DNA of 64,000 bases from Dimorphilus gyrociliatus (GCA_904063045.1 CAJFCJ010000040.1:65503-129502); one strand, 5' to 3'; counted from the first letter of the stretch, positions 23,730 through 39,015 are shown. Numbers and translations are program-made. The notes: generated by a model not told the origin, from the letters alone.

Positions 23730-26700
23730 AATTTATTCAGCTTATGAGAAGATGAAGATGATTTTGTTATTAGAAACATTGATAGTTTTGAATTGAAGAA
23801 AGGAAGTATAAAGGCTTATTTCAAGTTATATTCTGAAAGTAGAAGAAATGGAAGTAGATCACAAAAGATAGATTATTTTGAAAAGTTTATCAAAGATAGT
23901 TTCACTCATCCAAAATTAGAATCTAAAATTTTCAATATGAAAATAACAAGATTAATTGTTAAGGATTTTTGGAAAACTAAAACTCAATTTGAAACTGAAA
24001 TTGTTCTACCAAAACCAACAGATGATAGTTGCAATACAACTTGTATTTCTTTTTTTAGACAATATTTTCCATATACTGATATATACACCTACTGATTTTA
24101 TATCCTTCTACAATTTTGATCAGAATGACTGCAATACGAAATTTAATCATTATACTGATTCTGAAGGTAAATTATTACATGGCTGCTGAAACTGCATTAG
24201 TTTTGCCAAATGTAGTTATGCTCTACTTGAAATGCCATATATTTCATCCACTCAATCAAATTTTTGTCTGAGTTTTAGAACAATTTATAATACCAAAAAT
24301 ATCTTTGCAGTAGGTTTTTTAATTTGCATTTTCATTAAAAAAACTGCAGTGTATTTGTAATAATTTTCCTTTAGATATATAAAGAATGCTGGTGAAGAAG
24401 AAAGGAAATCTTTCAAATGAGTAAAGAGGATGAAGTGACCAGATTTAACTGGCAAGGTTTTCTTTTAAATAAAACTAATCCAGATAAAAATTTGCAATTC
24501 AAGGTTTTTTTTTCAAACAAATTAAATTGGAATTAAAACTTAAGATTTTTGTTTTTTTGTCTTGAAAAATTATTTTCAAAGCATTCGTATTTGAATCTAC
24601 TAACCAACATTTTTTTGGAGATGATGGTAAAGTTCTAATTTAAAACATTTTTAAAAAATTAAAGATTCCTAATCTATTTCAGCACACTATGATAAAATTG
24701 TCCTTCCTGCCATGGCTGAAGATGAATACTTGACTGCTGACCTGATTTCACCAGTACTCAGCTTTACAAAATTTGAAAAATGCTTAAACTTAATAAAATC
24801 AAAGCAAGATTATGAATACTGTTAAAAAGTAATTAGATCATTTAACTTGAATTTTTTATTCAATAGATTTGATTATTTTTCTCAAGTAAAATTGAGATTA
24901 TCCATTCCAGGAGATATTAGTCAAGTAGATTAAGTTGTTTAGTAGCTTTTTAAGGTTCATATATGTTTACAAAAAAAATTATGGAACAAAAGTGCACTAC
25001 TAATATCACCAAAAGTATATTCTATTGGATATTTTTGTGTCCATTTTGAATATAAAATATTAATGAACATTTCAAAGACAGACAGTGTACTGTTATTGGT
25101 TGGCAATGTTTTTTTTTTTTTTTAAAAAAAAACAATTTCTAAACTCTTCTTTTACTGTTATTCAGATTTTAAAACAATTCTGCAACAGTACTTCGATACT
25201 TATAGATATGAAAAAAGAAAGTTTTGATTTTAGAAATGATGAAATTACAAATGTAAAATATGAAATTCTTGAAAAAATCTCAACATTTTTCCATCAATTT
25301 GAAATTTTTTACCTTTTCAGATAATATTTAAAGCGATTAATTTCTTTCCGAAATCTTTTATTGTCGCATTAAATTATGTTTTAATTAGCCAGAATAAATG
25401 CAAGATACCAGTTGTGAATGGTACAAAATTTAAATATATTTTTCATTAAATATTAAAAAGTCCTTTTTTTTGGTTTTATAGAAGAGAATGTTCATTGCGA
25501 CTTTGAAAATGGTATGTGTGGCTATCAGATAACAACCAATTCATCATCTTCTCTGTCATTTTATAGAGATAAATTCCCTAAAAAGTTTTAGATTTTTTTT
25601 AAATGTTTTTAATATATAAACAAATTTTTTTCAATATATCAGCCTACACTTTTGTGGTGAGAAGAATCCCCTTATTACAGAATTTATCACCTGTCAGTCT
25701 TATTTCTCCTCGAATAACTGATCATACTGTTCAAAAATGTTTAATGTTTGATATATATAATGATTTTGGTGAGAAAATTCCTTGGGAAAGAGGTCAAATT
25801 TACATAAGAGTCATCAATTTTAGTGAATGGCAATTAAAGTATAAGCAATAATTAAAGAAATATAACTGGTACATGTTTTTTTCACTAACAGCAACCCTCA
25901 GTCAAGTTGGATCTGGAATTTAACTTTTCCTATAAATGATCCAGTAACAACAGACAAACCTTGTAATAATTTGGATATTTTTTTTAAATGTTCTAGCATG
26001 TTGAATTTTTTAAATATATCTAGGCGGGAAGTCAGTTGCTGTAGAATCTGGAAATGAGCAAGATGTATCACTGTATACTTATACAAAACTGACATCACCT
26101 TTTATAACAACCTTTTATTGAAAATTTGTTCAAGGTTTGAAATTTTAAATAAACATTTCTCTCCAAATCTTTCATTTCAATTATATTTTATAAACAGATT
26201 ATTTTTAAAACTGTTAAAACAACCATTGACAATTGTTTTGTGGCAATAAACAGTATTTTTTAGATGACAAAGAATGATTGTAATTTACTGGAAGATCCAG
26301 AAAATAAATAATTTGGTAAGATTTATGATTTTCTCTTTGAATTCAATAATTCAATAATCTTGAATGAATTTTGATTAGATTGCAATTTTGAGACAGATAT
26401 GTATGGCTATACTGCAAATACTCCAATAAATCAAGGATATGGTTGGCTTAGATTTGTATATAAAGTGATGGATTTATCTGTTTGTATAAATTCAGAACCT
26501 GGAGCTATTTACTGAATTCTGCTTTATTTTTGCTTTCAGATAGTGGTATGGAAATCTTTGGAATTGACTCCAAAGATTCACACAAATCTCAACTAATTTC
26601 ACCAAAATTAAAATTAGTTATTGAAGGGAAAAAATGCTTAAGTTTGGCAATAAAATCAACACAGCATCAACCAAATTTGTTTTCAGTTCTCTTGAAATAT

Positions 26701-28060
26701 TCAAAAAGTTTAGAGTAATTTATCCTTCTATTTATTATTATTTGAATATTTTCATATTCTTACTTCAATTCTTCTCAGATTTGCTAAAGGAAGCATTAAA
26801 AATTTTAGTGAGAGTACTATCATTCTTTTTGATTACATTGTTCAAAATGGTTTAGAACAGGTACTTTTTCTTCTTTGGTACTTTTTATTGTCACATATAT
26901 TTATTAATCTGCTGCACTATAGTTTACTATCAATACAAATTCAAATGATCACCACCAACTTTTAATCAGGAGTATACAAATCACTGATTGCCAAAAATCA
27001 GGTAATAAAAAAAACAAAGCAGATGTTTGTAATAGTTTGTTTTTAATCAGAAATTTCGTATGATGATTTTTTCAACAATCGTGTGGAAGGATTGATAATT
27101 TGGAATCATTTATTTTGGATGGAGAAAAGGCAAAATTAGGAGAAATACCATGGCAGGTAGCTTGTCATTCATTAACTGAACTGATATCTATTTTAACATT
27201 AATTCATATTTGTTTTTTTTAAAAGGCAAGTTTGTCACATGAAGCTAATTTCCTTTGTGGTGCAGTTATAATTCATAACCAATATCTATTGACTGCAGCT
27301 CATTGTATTAATAGGTTCACTATTCCATTTTATTTTTAAATTTTTAATCTATTCAATTCTATGGATCTTAATTATCAGATACACTCAAAGGTTTAGTGTC
27401 AAAGTTGGAATTTTAAATGAAAGTGATAAGAGTTCCAAATCTCATTCTGTAGAACAATACATTGTACATCCTTTATTCAAAAAAACATCTGTCGAGAATG
27501 ATATTGCCATTCTTAAATTAAAATCCCGTTTAGAATTTAATGAAAAAATCCAACCAATATGTTTACCCAAGTTGTACAATGTTAAAAACAGTTCTGATTC
27601 TCAATACACAGCTTCTGGCTTTGGATTCAGATCATATCCATTTGGTATTATGTAAAATATTTTTTAAGTGTTCTATAAATGATCTTTTTTTTTTGAATCA
27701 GAAAAGGAGTTATACAAAATTGAAGTAAGAATACTAACTGAACAAGAAAGCAAATTTAAATTTCTCAATATGTCAAATGACCAAAAACCTAAATATCCAA
27801 TGCATTTATGTGTAAGTGATTCAAAAGGCCTACAGAGAAATAACTGTTATGTAAGTAAATTTCAGTTGAATTTCATCAGATTCTAAAAGAAATTTAAAAA
27901 TTTTTTTAGGGTGATTCTGGCAGACCTTTATCTTGTTTTATTGATGAAAAATGGCAAGTTTATGGATTAGTGAGTCTTGGTATGTCAGAATGCCTGTTGG
28001 ATTTTTCATGTTCCATAAGAGTATTGATTCTGCTGTAAGGTTTGAATTAATGTACTTTGT
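23730..28060 (+). CDS. Enteropeptidase-like mosaic serine protease (SEA-like, MAM-like repeats, S1 protease); 5' end lost and possibly a pseudogene
   Basis: SEA-like FELKKGSIKAYFKL; MAM starts CDFENGMCGY and CNFETDMYGY; activation region CGRIDNLESFILDGEKAKLGEIPWQ; triad motifs TAAHC, NDIAILKL and GDSGR, with plausible introns. Confidence 0.8.
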
Positions 28061-28091
28061 TTTTATGATACAGGTGACATACTTTTTGGAT

Positions 28092-28299
28092 GGGATCAAC
28101 AGAAAACGGCCCCAAGTAGGATATTTGAAGGCAGCATTTTGGGTTAAGAAATGGTTAGGAGGAAACAAGCATTTATTGATTTGTAGTTAGGGGGCTCCTA
28201 TCTAAGGGTTAGGAGTAATGAAAAAGGGTAAGGGATACATTAGGGATGGTTTAGGGTTAGGGTAAAACCATACTTTTGGGGCCATTTTCTGTCGTATCC
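28092..28299 (-). mobile_element. MITE with TTAGGG-like interior
   Basis: Termini GGGATCAACAGAAAACGGCCCC and GGGGCCATTTTCTGTCGTATCC; imperfect 8-9-bp flanking duplication (TTTTTGGAT/TATTTGGAC). Confidence 0.85.
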
Positions 28300-29899
28300 T
28301 ATTTGGACTGGATAAAGACTACTATAAATAATGATTTTTTCTTTGGCTGACTCAGAAAGTATAAAAAAAACTTTGGTATGAATTCTCTAAATAAATATAA
28401 AACTTCTTTTCTAAATTTAATAAACTTATGGATGGAAAGAAAACACTTTATTGATATTCAACTTTTTTTGTAATCTAATCACATAGTCTAACAGTATTGG
28501 ATTCATAGCCATTTGGGATAGAAAGATTTTTCCATTCATTCAATGTCTTGAAACATGTCAATTTTTAATTCTAACTATTTAAATAAAGAATAGTGTATGT
28601 AAAAATGGTGTTGTTGTTCTCTTTCTCTTGTGATTGTTGATCCCTCTCATTTCAGTCCTTTCTGGCAGTACCAAAATGCGTTACATTTTATAAGTATTTG
28701 ATTTCAAAACAATATATTTTTCACATTTGCCATTTTGTAACTTTCTAAATTTTAGCCTGAACTGCACAAATAACTAGCAATTTTTTTTTCAGTTGGTTTG
28801 ATGCAAACTATTCTTGATATGTAAAACCATGATTAAACCATTAACAATCTACTTTTACCTAAGCATTCACCTCACCAATATTACGAGTCAGATTTATGAT
28901 ACAGAGGATAAAAGAGAAAAAAATGTGCAAATTTTATAGTCGAGTCTAAAACAATCAAATGTATGAATATATCAAATGGGACAATAGTCAAAATGAAAAT
29001 CAAAAGGTAGTCAGACTATCACTAAAGAAGACTATAATGTTGAAGGTATTCTTCTTAGCTAAATTAAAACTATACTTTGTGGTAATATAATTGTAAGACT
29101 TTTGGGTCATTACAATCCAATATTGCTTATCTATTAGAGGTGAAAATGTAACAATTGTTGGGGTTCACACCATCAGATATACAATATATGCATACTAGTG
29201 AATGTATATGTGTGTTCATGGTTATCAACTTGAATATGTACATACAATATAAATTTATTTGAATTTCCCCCCATATTTTTACTTTAAAACTTCTCACTTA
29301 AAATTTCTTTTATAAATTGTCCAAAAATATAACTATCATTCTTTATATCTGTATCATCTTCTACTTCTTTTAATTTGTGTTTACACAATGAAAAATTGTT
29401 TGCTTTCTTTTCCTTAAAATTTCAAAAATTCAACTCATAAGTCAAAAGTAGAGAATAGCATTAACTATTAATAAATTTATGTAATTACCTTAAAAATATG
29501 AATAGAACTTTTATGCCTAAAATTTGTATCGATGCATTGAAAATTCTGATTTAATATACAAATTTCTTCACATATTTGTTTAATGCAAAAAAAATATATA
29601 TAATTTTTGAAAAAGGTTGAATTTATCTCTAAAATTTTACAATGCTTCTTCTGATAGATTTCCTCTTGAATTTTAATCTTTTTTTCAACTATTTAAAAAA
29701 CTTTCTTTTATTTTAATACATTTTATGTAATTAGAAATATATATGGGATACTGTTGAAAATTCTGACAAAAACAGGCTCCCCTTTCCCAACTGTTTTTGT
29801 TCTCCCTAAGCCTTTAAAGGTTTCTCTAAGCTGTATAAATATACAACACAATGTTTAACTTTTAACTGGCTATTTTCAACAGGAAACCCATAAAAAAGA

Positions 29900-32800
29900 T
29901 ACTCCAAGACCTCCGCTAATTCTCTTATGAATTAATATTCTGTATAAATAAATATATTGAGGTTATTTGAAAGAGAATTTTTAAATTTAAATAAGTAAAA
30001 AAAAACAAAACCTTTCAGACTGAATCATGAATTTAGTCTTTAGGTAAAGATTTCGGAATTCTTTGAAGGAATATGTATATGGATTAATAATTGAATTTAA
30101 AGGAATCAATATTCCAACAATGAAATTGTAGTTGTTATTATTGATATTGAGATTGAAAATTACAGATAAAATAGCTGAAGAAGAAGGCTTTTTAAGTGAT
30201 TTGTCTTGTAGGAGAATGAATAAATGATAGTTGGATGGAGATCAGTAAAAATTTGTCTATATTTTGCAATTTCTAAACCTTTTGTCTTTTTTTAACCTAA
30301 CCCTAATCTAAGATTTTTATCTAAGTATTAATCCATAATTTATAACTACACTACTAACCTAAACATAAGCCTAAATTTTGGATTATTTTCCCAATCCTAA
30401 TGGATGGATTTGAAAGAAAAAGATTGACACACAAAGACTCTTACTCTCTTTCTATCTTTACCTAGAATGGATATTGGCATCCAACACAAAAAATTTGATG
30501 TGGCAAGTATATAAATATTTAATGAAATCTTTTTAAGACTTCTCTTGTTGACAGTGTTCAATAGCAGTTTTCTCTTTGAATTATAAACAGAGACAAATAT
30601 GTTCAAATATATGATAAATATTGAAAGACTGATAAATAACATAAAAATACCAAATATTATTAATGAATACACCCAACCTTCACCTTGATCACTTCTTATA
30701 TGAATATTTAGACAAATTGTTGAATTTGAATAAAATTTCTTATACAAAAAAGATTATAAAGATTTGACAATGTATGTTTATAATTGTTAATGTTAATAAA
30801 ATTGATGACATACTTTATACATGATAGAAGGTATTATAGAAAGTATTAGAGATGTAATGAAAGAAGTTATGGCTATTTTCTTTTCATTTTCTTTCATTAA
30901 ACTAATTTTGAATACATTTGTAACAATTTCAAATCTCTCAATTGACAGAAATAGAATATTTAACATGGAAAAAATAATTGCAAATGTCATTACTGTTCCA
31001 AGTGTCTTACACAGTATACTATTCCTCCACATTTCTTCAATCAAAATATACTCATTCATAGAAAAATATAAATCAGCACCACATAATAATAAAAGATAAA
31101 TGGAGCACAGTAAATCACCAATTGATACATTTAATCTATAGATTCTTGATATTTGTACTTTTTTTAAAGTAACTATACATAAAGTAATAGCATTTCCAAT
31201 AATACCAAAAAGACTAAAAACCCAACTAATTATTTTATGAGATTTAAATGAAAAAATATTATCACAAGTTAAAAAATCTGGTGGTTGAGGTGTGCAATAG
31301 ACATTTTGTTTAAAATATCTATTGGTTAGACAGCAAATTTGAAAATGTTCACTTATCACTAATTTTTTGGGGTTATGGAAAAATTTGTCCATGTTTTGCA
31401 GTTTTTTCCCTTTAACCCCAACCTCATGACCTTATCACAATTTTTATTATTCTAGTATTTTTTTTAACCTAATCCATCTAACTTAAATGCTCACTTTTTA
31501 TTTAACATATTAATATCAATAATTTAAAGACATTTTCTAATTTAAACATGGATGACAAGTTTTCCCAAACCTAATTTTATGTTGTATAGTCCTTTTATCA
31601 TATTTCTAGAATGTTTTATATTTATCTTTGTTCTATTCAGAAATAGTTTTTCCAATGTTTTCAATTGACGAAAAGCAGTTTTATGAATAAACTTTATGTT
31701 ACACATAACAATTTTTAAGGTTAAAAGTTTGGTCAATTGTATAATATCATTTTTGTGTATTTTGTTGATATTTGTATAAGAAATGTCTAAATTTAATAAA
31801 TTCACACAATTGTAGTTATATAAAAAGCTTAATGAAGTAAAATTATTGATAGATATATTCAAATTTTGAAGTATTGTAAAATTTTGAATTGATATAAAAT
31901 CAAAATTCTTCAAATTGTTTCTAGTCAATACTAAATTTATTACATTGCTTACAGATTGAAATTTCCATTTACTTAAGAATTTATTTCTTCTAATGACAAT
32001 AGAGGTCACTTTGTGAGATAAATAATCTTTCGTAAACATGTAACTTCCATCTATTCTAAGACTTTTTAATTCTTCTGTCAGTGTATTAAGAATTCTGGGA
32101 TTTAATTTTATTTCATTTTGGAAACAGTCAAAGTGATAATTAAAGTATAAATGGCAAATATCATCTAGGTTGTTATCATTATTATCATCATCATAAACTT
32201 TACACCACATTTCATCACAACCCATTTTACAATCTACAATTCCATTGCAAACTTTTTTATTTGGAAGGAATCGATGTTCTCCCTTGCATTTAAAAAATCC
32301 TTCCAAAAGTAAACCATCTGGATTGTTTTTTTTATTTAGAAAATTAGGTCATTGGAAGATAAAAAGTAAACGATTTATTTAAACTTACCACATTTGTATT
32401 CATCATCACCGTTTAAGCAATGGTTTATACCATCACAAACCTGTTCAATAGATATACAATTTTTCTCAAGATAGCATTGATACTCTTCTGATGAACAATG
32501 GCATTTAGTTGCTAAAGCTCTTTGAATTAAATTTCCTTTCTGGTCAAACTTCATTGAGCAAATACTTTTATATAATTTGCAATGCTTTTTAATTGAAAAT
32601 GATTTACAAAAGTTTTCATCTTTATTATCCAAGCAATTGGGTATTGTATTGCATTTTAAGGAGTTTAATTGACATGAATAATCACACTTAAATTGATATT
32701 CAAAATTACAATCTAAAAAAACCACAAATTTTAAATTGATTGATATTTTAAAAATATTTTCAAAAGCAAATAACATCTCTTCATTTCTGAATTAATGGCA

Positions 32801-35800
32801 AGTTCACTTGAACAGAATTCATCACTTTTATCCAGACAATTGAAATAGCCATCGCAAACTTGATTTTTATTCACACATTCATTATTATGACATAGCTCGC
32901 TGTAATATTTGTTTACGATTAGAAAATCTCGGACATGACAGAAAATGTCCACAAAATTATGCCTTTACCCTAACCCTAACCCTAACTCAACCCTTGATCA
33001 TTACTCCAAACCCTTAGCTGGGAGCCTCCCTAGTACAAATCAGTAGTTGTTATATTCTTGCTAACCAAATTTCAACCAAAAATCTGGACCTAACATATCT
33101 TACTTGTGGATATTTTTTTTCAACCCCAAGAAATCTAACTTTTCCCTTTTCTTTTTAAATTTAGATGATATTTGTCTAATATGGTTTATGACTTATTTCT
33201 TAAACCATATATAAATTCCTAATCTTGACCTAAAATAAACAAAACAGCAGGTACCTTGTGCTCCTGTCACATTTTCTATAATCTACAGAAAAAAAAAGTA
33301 TTTTAATGTAAAAAGTTAAAAATCTTAAACTTAACTGCAAAACTTCTCATCAGATCCATCAGAACAATCTGATATAAAATTACAAACAAGACTATAAATT
33401 ATTTCTTCCTTGTCTTTAAAGCAGACAAATTTGTGTTTGTCAATCATTGAACAATTAAGTTCATCCTCATTTGTCACACAATCATTTTTACCGTCACAAA
33501 CTAATAATACATTAATGCATATTCTACTTTTTGAGCAAAAATAGGAATTTAATTGACATGTAAAATTATTGTTTGGTTTCTTATTGTTAAATTCTCTTTC
33601 TGAAACTATTTAAATTCTCTTATTTGACTTTATATACTATTCATATTTAAAATACAAACATTCAAAAGAATGACAAACAAAAAAATTATCAGTTGATGAT
33701 TTCGGTACACCCAATATTTTATAACCACGGTTATATTTATGTCTATTTAATAGAGTTTTACAATTTGAATAATCCTTTTTCAAATTTCAATAAATACAAA
33801 ACTTATTATATTTTTTAAACAATATTGTTGATGGTCTTATCAATGTAATCACTGCATTATCAGAGTTACAAACTGATTTTTGACTCTCATAACTTGAAAG
33901 TAGGTTAGCTAGATAGTTGGAACTAGTCAAGGTGTATTCTCTTCCAAATATATTCATCAATTTTGTTTCTAGTTTCTCAAAAATTTTTAAATTAGAAAAC
34001 AAAAGTTTAAATATTATATAATAAAGAATCAAACTGGATAATATCTCATCCTTTCTTGTTTTAGTAATCAACTTTTTCAAAGTAAAGAACATATTTAATA
34101 AATATATTTTTTTGACTGTTGGAAAATCTGTTAAAGTTAGATTATTTCTTTGGCAAATTTTTTCCACATGGTTAATAGTTTTCTTAGTTTTAAAGAAAAA
34201 TGTAAAATAACATCTATTTTCAAAGTGAAGAATTGCACCTTTTGGACACTGAACTTCTGGATAAGAAACAGAAATATAACTATTACTTTATAACAATTAA
34301 TAGAATTATGATTTTTAAAAGAAATGTCCATTATTCTCTCTCTCTCTTCTAACCACTGCTATATTATATTTACCCTGATTCATACAATGAATTAAGACTA
34401 CTTTTTTTGCTACTCCATCAAATCTGTTTTGAATAGAAATTGAATAGCACTGAAATATTTACAAATAGGCTTACCGATTACTTTTGTAATGTACTTTACA
34501 ATCTCTAATTTTGGATACTGTACTATCACACTGTAAATGTGAAATAAACATTTTCTTTTCCTGGGATTGAATGTCATATTCACTGAAAAAATATCCATAT
34601 GTCTCAGGTGAAATTGATCCAGAAGTATAGCCAAGGCTTTTGCATATAATTTGAATTTCATTATATTTTAACACTTCTATATGGAAATGTACATTATTCA
34701 ATTTAATATGAACAAATCCAGTAATTTCATTTGTTTGGTTATTTTTCAAAATAGTTTCAAATACAATCTCTTTCTCTAAAAAATAGGTTAAGGAAGGATT
34801 ATTTATCAATTTTTATGTTTGGACAGTTGATCCCTTTCAATAAATTCTGGGTTTTTAATGTAAGATTTAGAGAAGGGTTGGAGGGGTTAAGGAAAATGTC
34901 CACATATGTATAGCTATTAAAGTTTAAAGTGACAAGCATACAACACTTTTCAACCCAAAATTTAGCCTTCGAAAAGGTTAGGGCAAAACCATAAATTTGT
35001 GGATGTCTTCCATCACACCCAATTTAGAGTTAGACTAATTCTTAAAAGACAGTTTCCTACATTTTCTATGACCCATAGCTAATGAATCAAGATCATTGTC
35101 CTTTGATATTTGTACCTACAAACCTACCTTTATAATGTTTACTTTGGCATTCAATATTTTGTACGAATGCTACTTTTGTCTTTGGAGAAGTATCAAAATA
35201 ACATCCTGTAACTATGTTTTGCTTTGTTCTCATTTTACAACCTTCTACAGAGATGGTATGAGCTAACAGCTTTTTATAGCTATTTCTATACATTGCAAGA
35301 AGAGTTATACTAGGTCCAGGATTCAGCTTCAATGTTTTACACATTAAAAAGGATAGTGCAAGTCTTGTTCTATAGTCTTGTTTGGACACAAGTAAGTTAA
35401 AGCCATACATTTTCGAATTTATCGTAAAAATCTGGTCCTTTGAAAATTCCTCACCCTCAGTGAGTTCAAAGTATCTATTGTAACTCTTCAGATAAATCTT
35501 TTTAGACATCGAAATATTAAAGTCTAAAAATTTCAGCAAGCAACATAAAAAATGAGTTTGTAGGAGTTATAGCATAAAAAACCCACCTTCAAGTTCCAAA
35601 TAGTTGCATAAAACTGTTTTATTCTCCTTCTGCATATTCAAAGTTACTGTTATTGAACCTTGGTTCAAAAGCATGACATTTGCTACTGGTTTTTGAATAT
35701 GAAAAGTATGATTAACTGTTAAATGACTTCTTCTACAAATAACACGTGCATCCTGTGTTGAATTGATTCTAAATATATTGTTTTGGTATCTTAAAAAGAG

Positions 35801-35810
35801 TTCAAACAAA
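29900..35810 (-). CDS. GRL101/LGR-like receptor (SRCR-like, CTL-like, LDLa, LRR, 7TM); multi-exon with some disruptions
   Basis: SRCR-like ICKSLGY...HLQCDSTVSKIRDC; CQRNNLTLTDFP parallels CKIDNLTLTDIP of gene 1; LDLa motifs; LRRs; TM3 IERF, TM6 CWMP, TM7 PLNSIINPYTY. 5' exons may extend to ~36700. Confidence 0.85.
32931..33127 (+). mobile_element. MITE with CCCTAA repeats, in an intron
   Basis: Starts GGACATGACAGAAAATGTCC and has the same internal layout as 826-1037. Confidence 0.8.
34820..35020 (-). mobile_element. Degenerate MITE of the same family
   Basis: GGTTAGGGCAAAACCATAAATTTGTGGATGTCTTCC...CCC resembles the family end. Confidence 0.55.
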
Positions 35811-37288
35811 GAGATGTTTAAACTTCTTGCAAATATGTCTATTTCAAATGTGTAACATTTTTATAAGGAAATAGAGAAAAATACAAAATTGATGAAAAAA
35901 TTTATATTTACAAGATGAATTTTTTTTAAAACATTTCAAAATCACTCTTTCAAAGATATCTTCCTTTTCAACATTGCTGCAGATATATAGATATGATTTG
36001 TCATTTGAATATTCTTTTATGAGATTAAAGTGTATTTTTGAAACAGGGTTGGGTGTGAATGTACCAATGTGTCAAATATCCAAACAATGAATATATTTTA
36101 GGAAAAGCTTATTTTGAAAATTACATGACAGATTTATTGTTACTAGGCTTTTAGTTTAGTATTAGGGAAAAGGTATTAGATAAACATACTAGGTAGGGTG
36201 TGTTTGAAACCTCCATAGGTACATAGGTACATTCGCATGGGAGGAGTAGTTTTTTCTAACAGAAAAATCTAGCCTCAAGATACAATGACATGTGCACTCT
36301 TTAAAAATTCATAAAAATACTCACTAACTGCAGCAAGGGTTTACTTTATTTATAGAAACTGATTTCATTTTTATCTCATCCAAAAAGTAATCAACTTGAG
36401 CAAAATACTGCTCAAATCCATAGTCTTTACATAAACCAAAACTTTTCAATCTAAACCATTGAAACATTGATTGATTTAATTGAATTGCAAATGACTCGAG
36501 AGATTTTGTTTGCATAAAAAGATATCCACTTTTAAAGACATCATTTTCTTGAATTATAGTGAAGAAAAATTGACAATTATTAAGAGAGTAAAGAGAACCA
36601 AATAGGAAGAAATTAACAATGATATTCCATTTCCCCATCCCTGGTCCTTTGTCTTGATTTATGGCAAAAAGTTTTTAATTATATCAATGCAGCTATAACA
36701 AGTATCTATAAATTCTCTTTTCTGTAGCCTCTTTCCAAAACAACTGCAGTCTACAGCAATTTATATACTTTGTAGAGACAGTTAGGATTTATAAATGGCA
36801 CATTAAACATTCATTTGTCATTTAGCTGCATTCATAAAACTTCCAGAACCCCTCTAACAATAAATCAATTCAAATTTTGTAGTTAACCCTTTCCTAAGAT
36901 GTATTCAAGTCCTATATTTTTTACCTGAACACAATATTACATAGTTAATTATTATCCTGATAGGATTAGCATGATTTGTACCAGAATAATAAAAATATTG
37001 TAAAGTAAGCATAGACTTTATTGTCTGGCAAACATTTAAATCTTTCATTTAGCAGCATAATAATGATTATATTTATATCTGGATTGATTTTTTTTACTAT
37101 AGAAAAGGTTTGAAGTTATTGGCTTGTTTTATAATTAAAAAAACTCTCTATTCATACTTGTTTAATATGTAATAGAGTAGGGAGAGCATTATTTACATAT
37201 ATATTTTATTCTTCTACAGTTGGTAACTTTTTTTTCAACTGTACAATATCTATAATTATAATGCTGTCTGCTACAAGTGAAATATTAT

Positions 37289-37597
37289 TGTACATGTACA
37301 CATTTGATACCATACACTCAAATTGCTACATTTCATCCTCTAATAGATTAGGAATCTTGGGATGGCACTGAACTCTTCAATGCATCCTAAATGCACAATA
37401 TCCTTTCTGCTATTAACTGTTACATGTTGGACTATGTCCAACTCCTACTACATTATACAACTCTCCAAAACTTGGTAATCAATTTCTTACAAAATTTCAT
37501 TTATTATAATTAACTTGAAAGGTTGTATGTGATGTGAGAACTTTGGTAAATGATTGGAAAGGACAAATTCTTTCAATTACAATACAAAAAAACTACA
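37289..37597 (+). mobile_element. Diverged, internally deleted solo LTR (type B-related)
   Basis: TG start; GTTGGACTATGTCC...CAACTCTCCAA resembles LTR-B; U5 end ...ACAATACAAAAAAACTACA; flanks ATTAT/ATTAC. Confidence 0.65.
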
Positions 37598-37831
37598 ATT
37601 ACTCCTAAAATGTCAAATAATATTATTTAGACAGTGAAAAAATTAAGCGATACTGATAATTCAATATGTAGACAATCAAATTTTATTGAATTTAATTTTA
37701 GCTTCTTTCAAATTAATCAATATAATTTTGCTACTTTTAATGAAAATATTTCCACATTAACTCTACATAAAAACAACAGAGAAATACAAAATGAAAGTAT
37801 TTATTATCCAGTTATTTGTAGCTACGAAGAG

Positions 37832-38398
37832 AATAGACTCTTTGACAGTAACAGATAGTGGCTACTTGGGAATAAACAAAGGAACAAAGAACATGGAAAA
37901 GATGCATGTCAAACACCAGATGCTGATGAGGCAAGCCTGTTTGCTGTGGCACTTGTTTGGCATGTGGCTCTAATCTTAGAATTATATTTTATATGTGTCA
38001 TATAACAAGTCTTTTATATTTTTGTTACATGAGAATTATGGGACCATCAGATTTCAACTTTGTAATCCTTTGACCACTTGAACCCAAGCTTTGGCAAATG
38101 TATAAAAGGAACTGCATTTCCCCAGCTTGTCAGTTCAGTTCTTTAACCATTAACTGGTTTGCTTACACTTACTTGTTTAGATCTAGAAACTCATTTACTC
38201 AATACATATTCTTTAAATGAAATGCTGGTGTTTTGTTGATTAATTTCTACCAAAACTACATTTCTTAAGACTATTTGTGTAGGAACTTGAAAGGTTCTAT
38301 GTGATGTGAGTACTTTAGTAAGTTGATAAATGATTGGAAAGGATGAATACTGTTCTGAAGAAGCAGAAATTTCTACAATTGCAATACAACAAAGTACA
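37832..38398 (+). mobile_element. 5'-truncated LTR (type A)
   Basis: Colinear with 55695-56259 and ends ...CAACAAAGTACA. Confidence 0.92.
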
Positions 38399-38689
38399 CA
38401 CTTTGATCTAAATATTCAGTATCTTCACATTGTCTTACAGTTTTTTATACATTTAATGGCTTTGAAAGAAGAAGCTTCATATCCGGATTGTAGTTACATA
38501 TTTTATATTTAATAAGCTGTAATAAAAATGAGAAACGAAACCCATCTCTTGTCACTTTCCAACCTTTAGATGGGACCACCTTTAGTACAGAGCAATAGTT
38601 ATCAAATTCTTCCTAACCATATTTCAATAAAATCAGTAAACAATATAGTCTCTGAGGAGAATAATATTTGAAAAAAAGAATATTTTATA

Positions 38690-38810
38690 AGATTTTGGTT
38701 TTCACTTATATTACGAAATTGTTTGACTGTCAAACTCCCTTCTTAAGTGACGCTCACATACTGACATACATTCACTGACTCACATTCACTCATACACATG
38801 TAACGTTCTG
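38690..38810. repeat. Dispersed repeat shared with 47570-47660 (inverted)
   Basis: GTCAAACTCCCTTCTTAAGTGACGCTCA is the reverse complement of TGAGCGTCACTTAAGAAGGGAGTTTGAC near 47627. Confidence 0.7.
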
Positions 38811-38981
38811 TTCATACAGTAAAAGCTTTTCATAATGTAACTCTGGAGCATAATAGGCCTAAAGAAAATGAACAATTTAAAAATCATACATAATTTATCT
38901 GATTGAAAAAAATCATTGTGATGATTGGCACTTTCATTTATTTATTTATTGTAGTATTTGGTTGTTTGTTAATTGCTTGTT

Positions 38982-38983
38982 TG

Positions 38984-39015
<32 letters not shown>
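38982..39015. repeat. (CT)n microsatellite just upstream of the gene 3 ATG
   Basis: Direct reading of the sequence. Confidence 0.9.
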
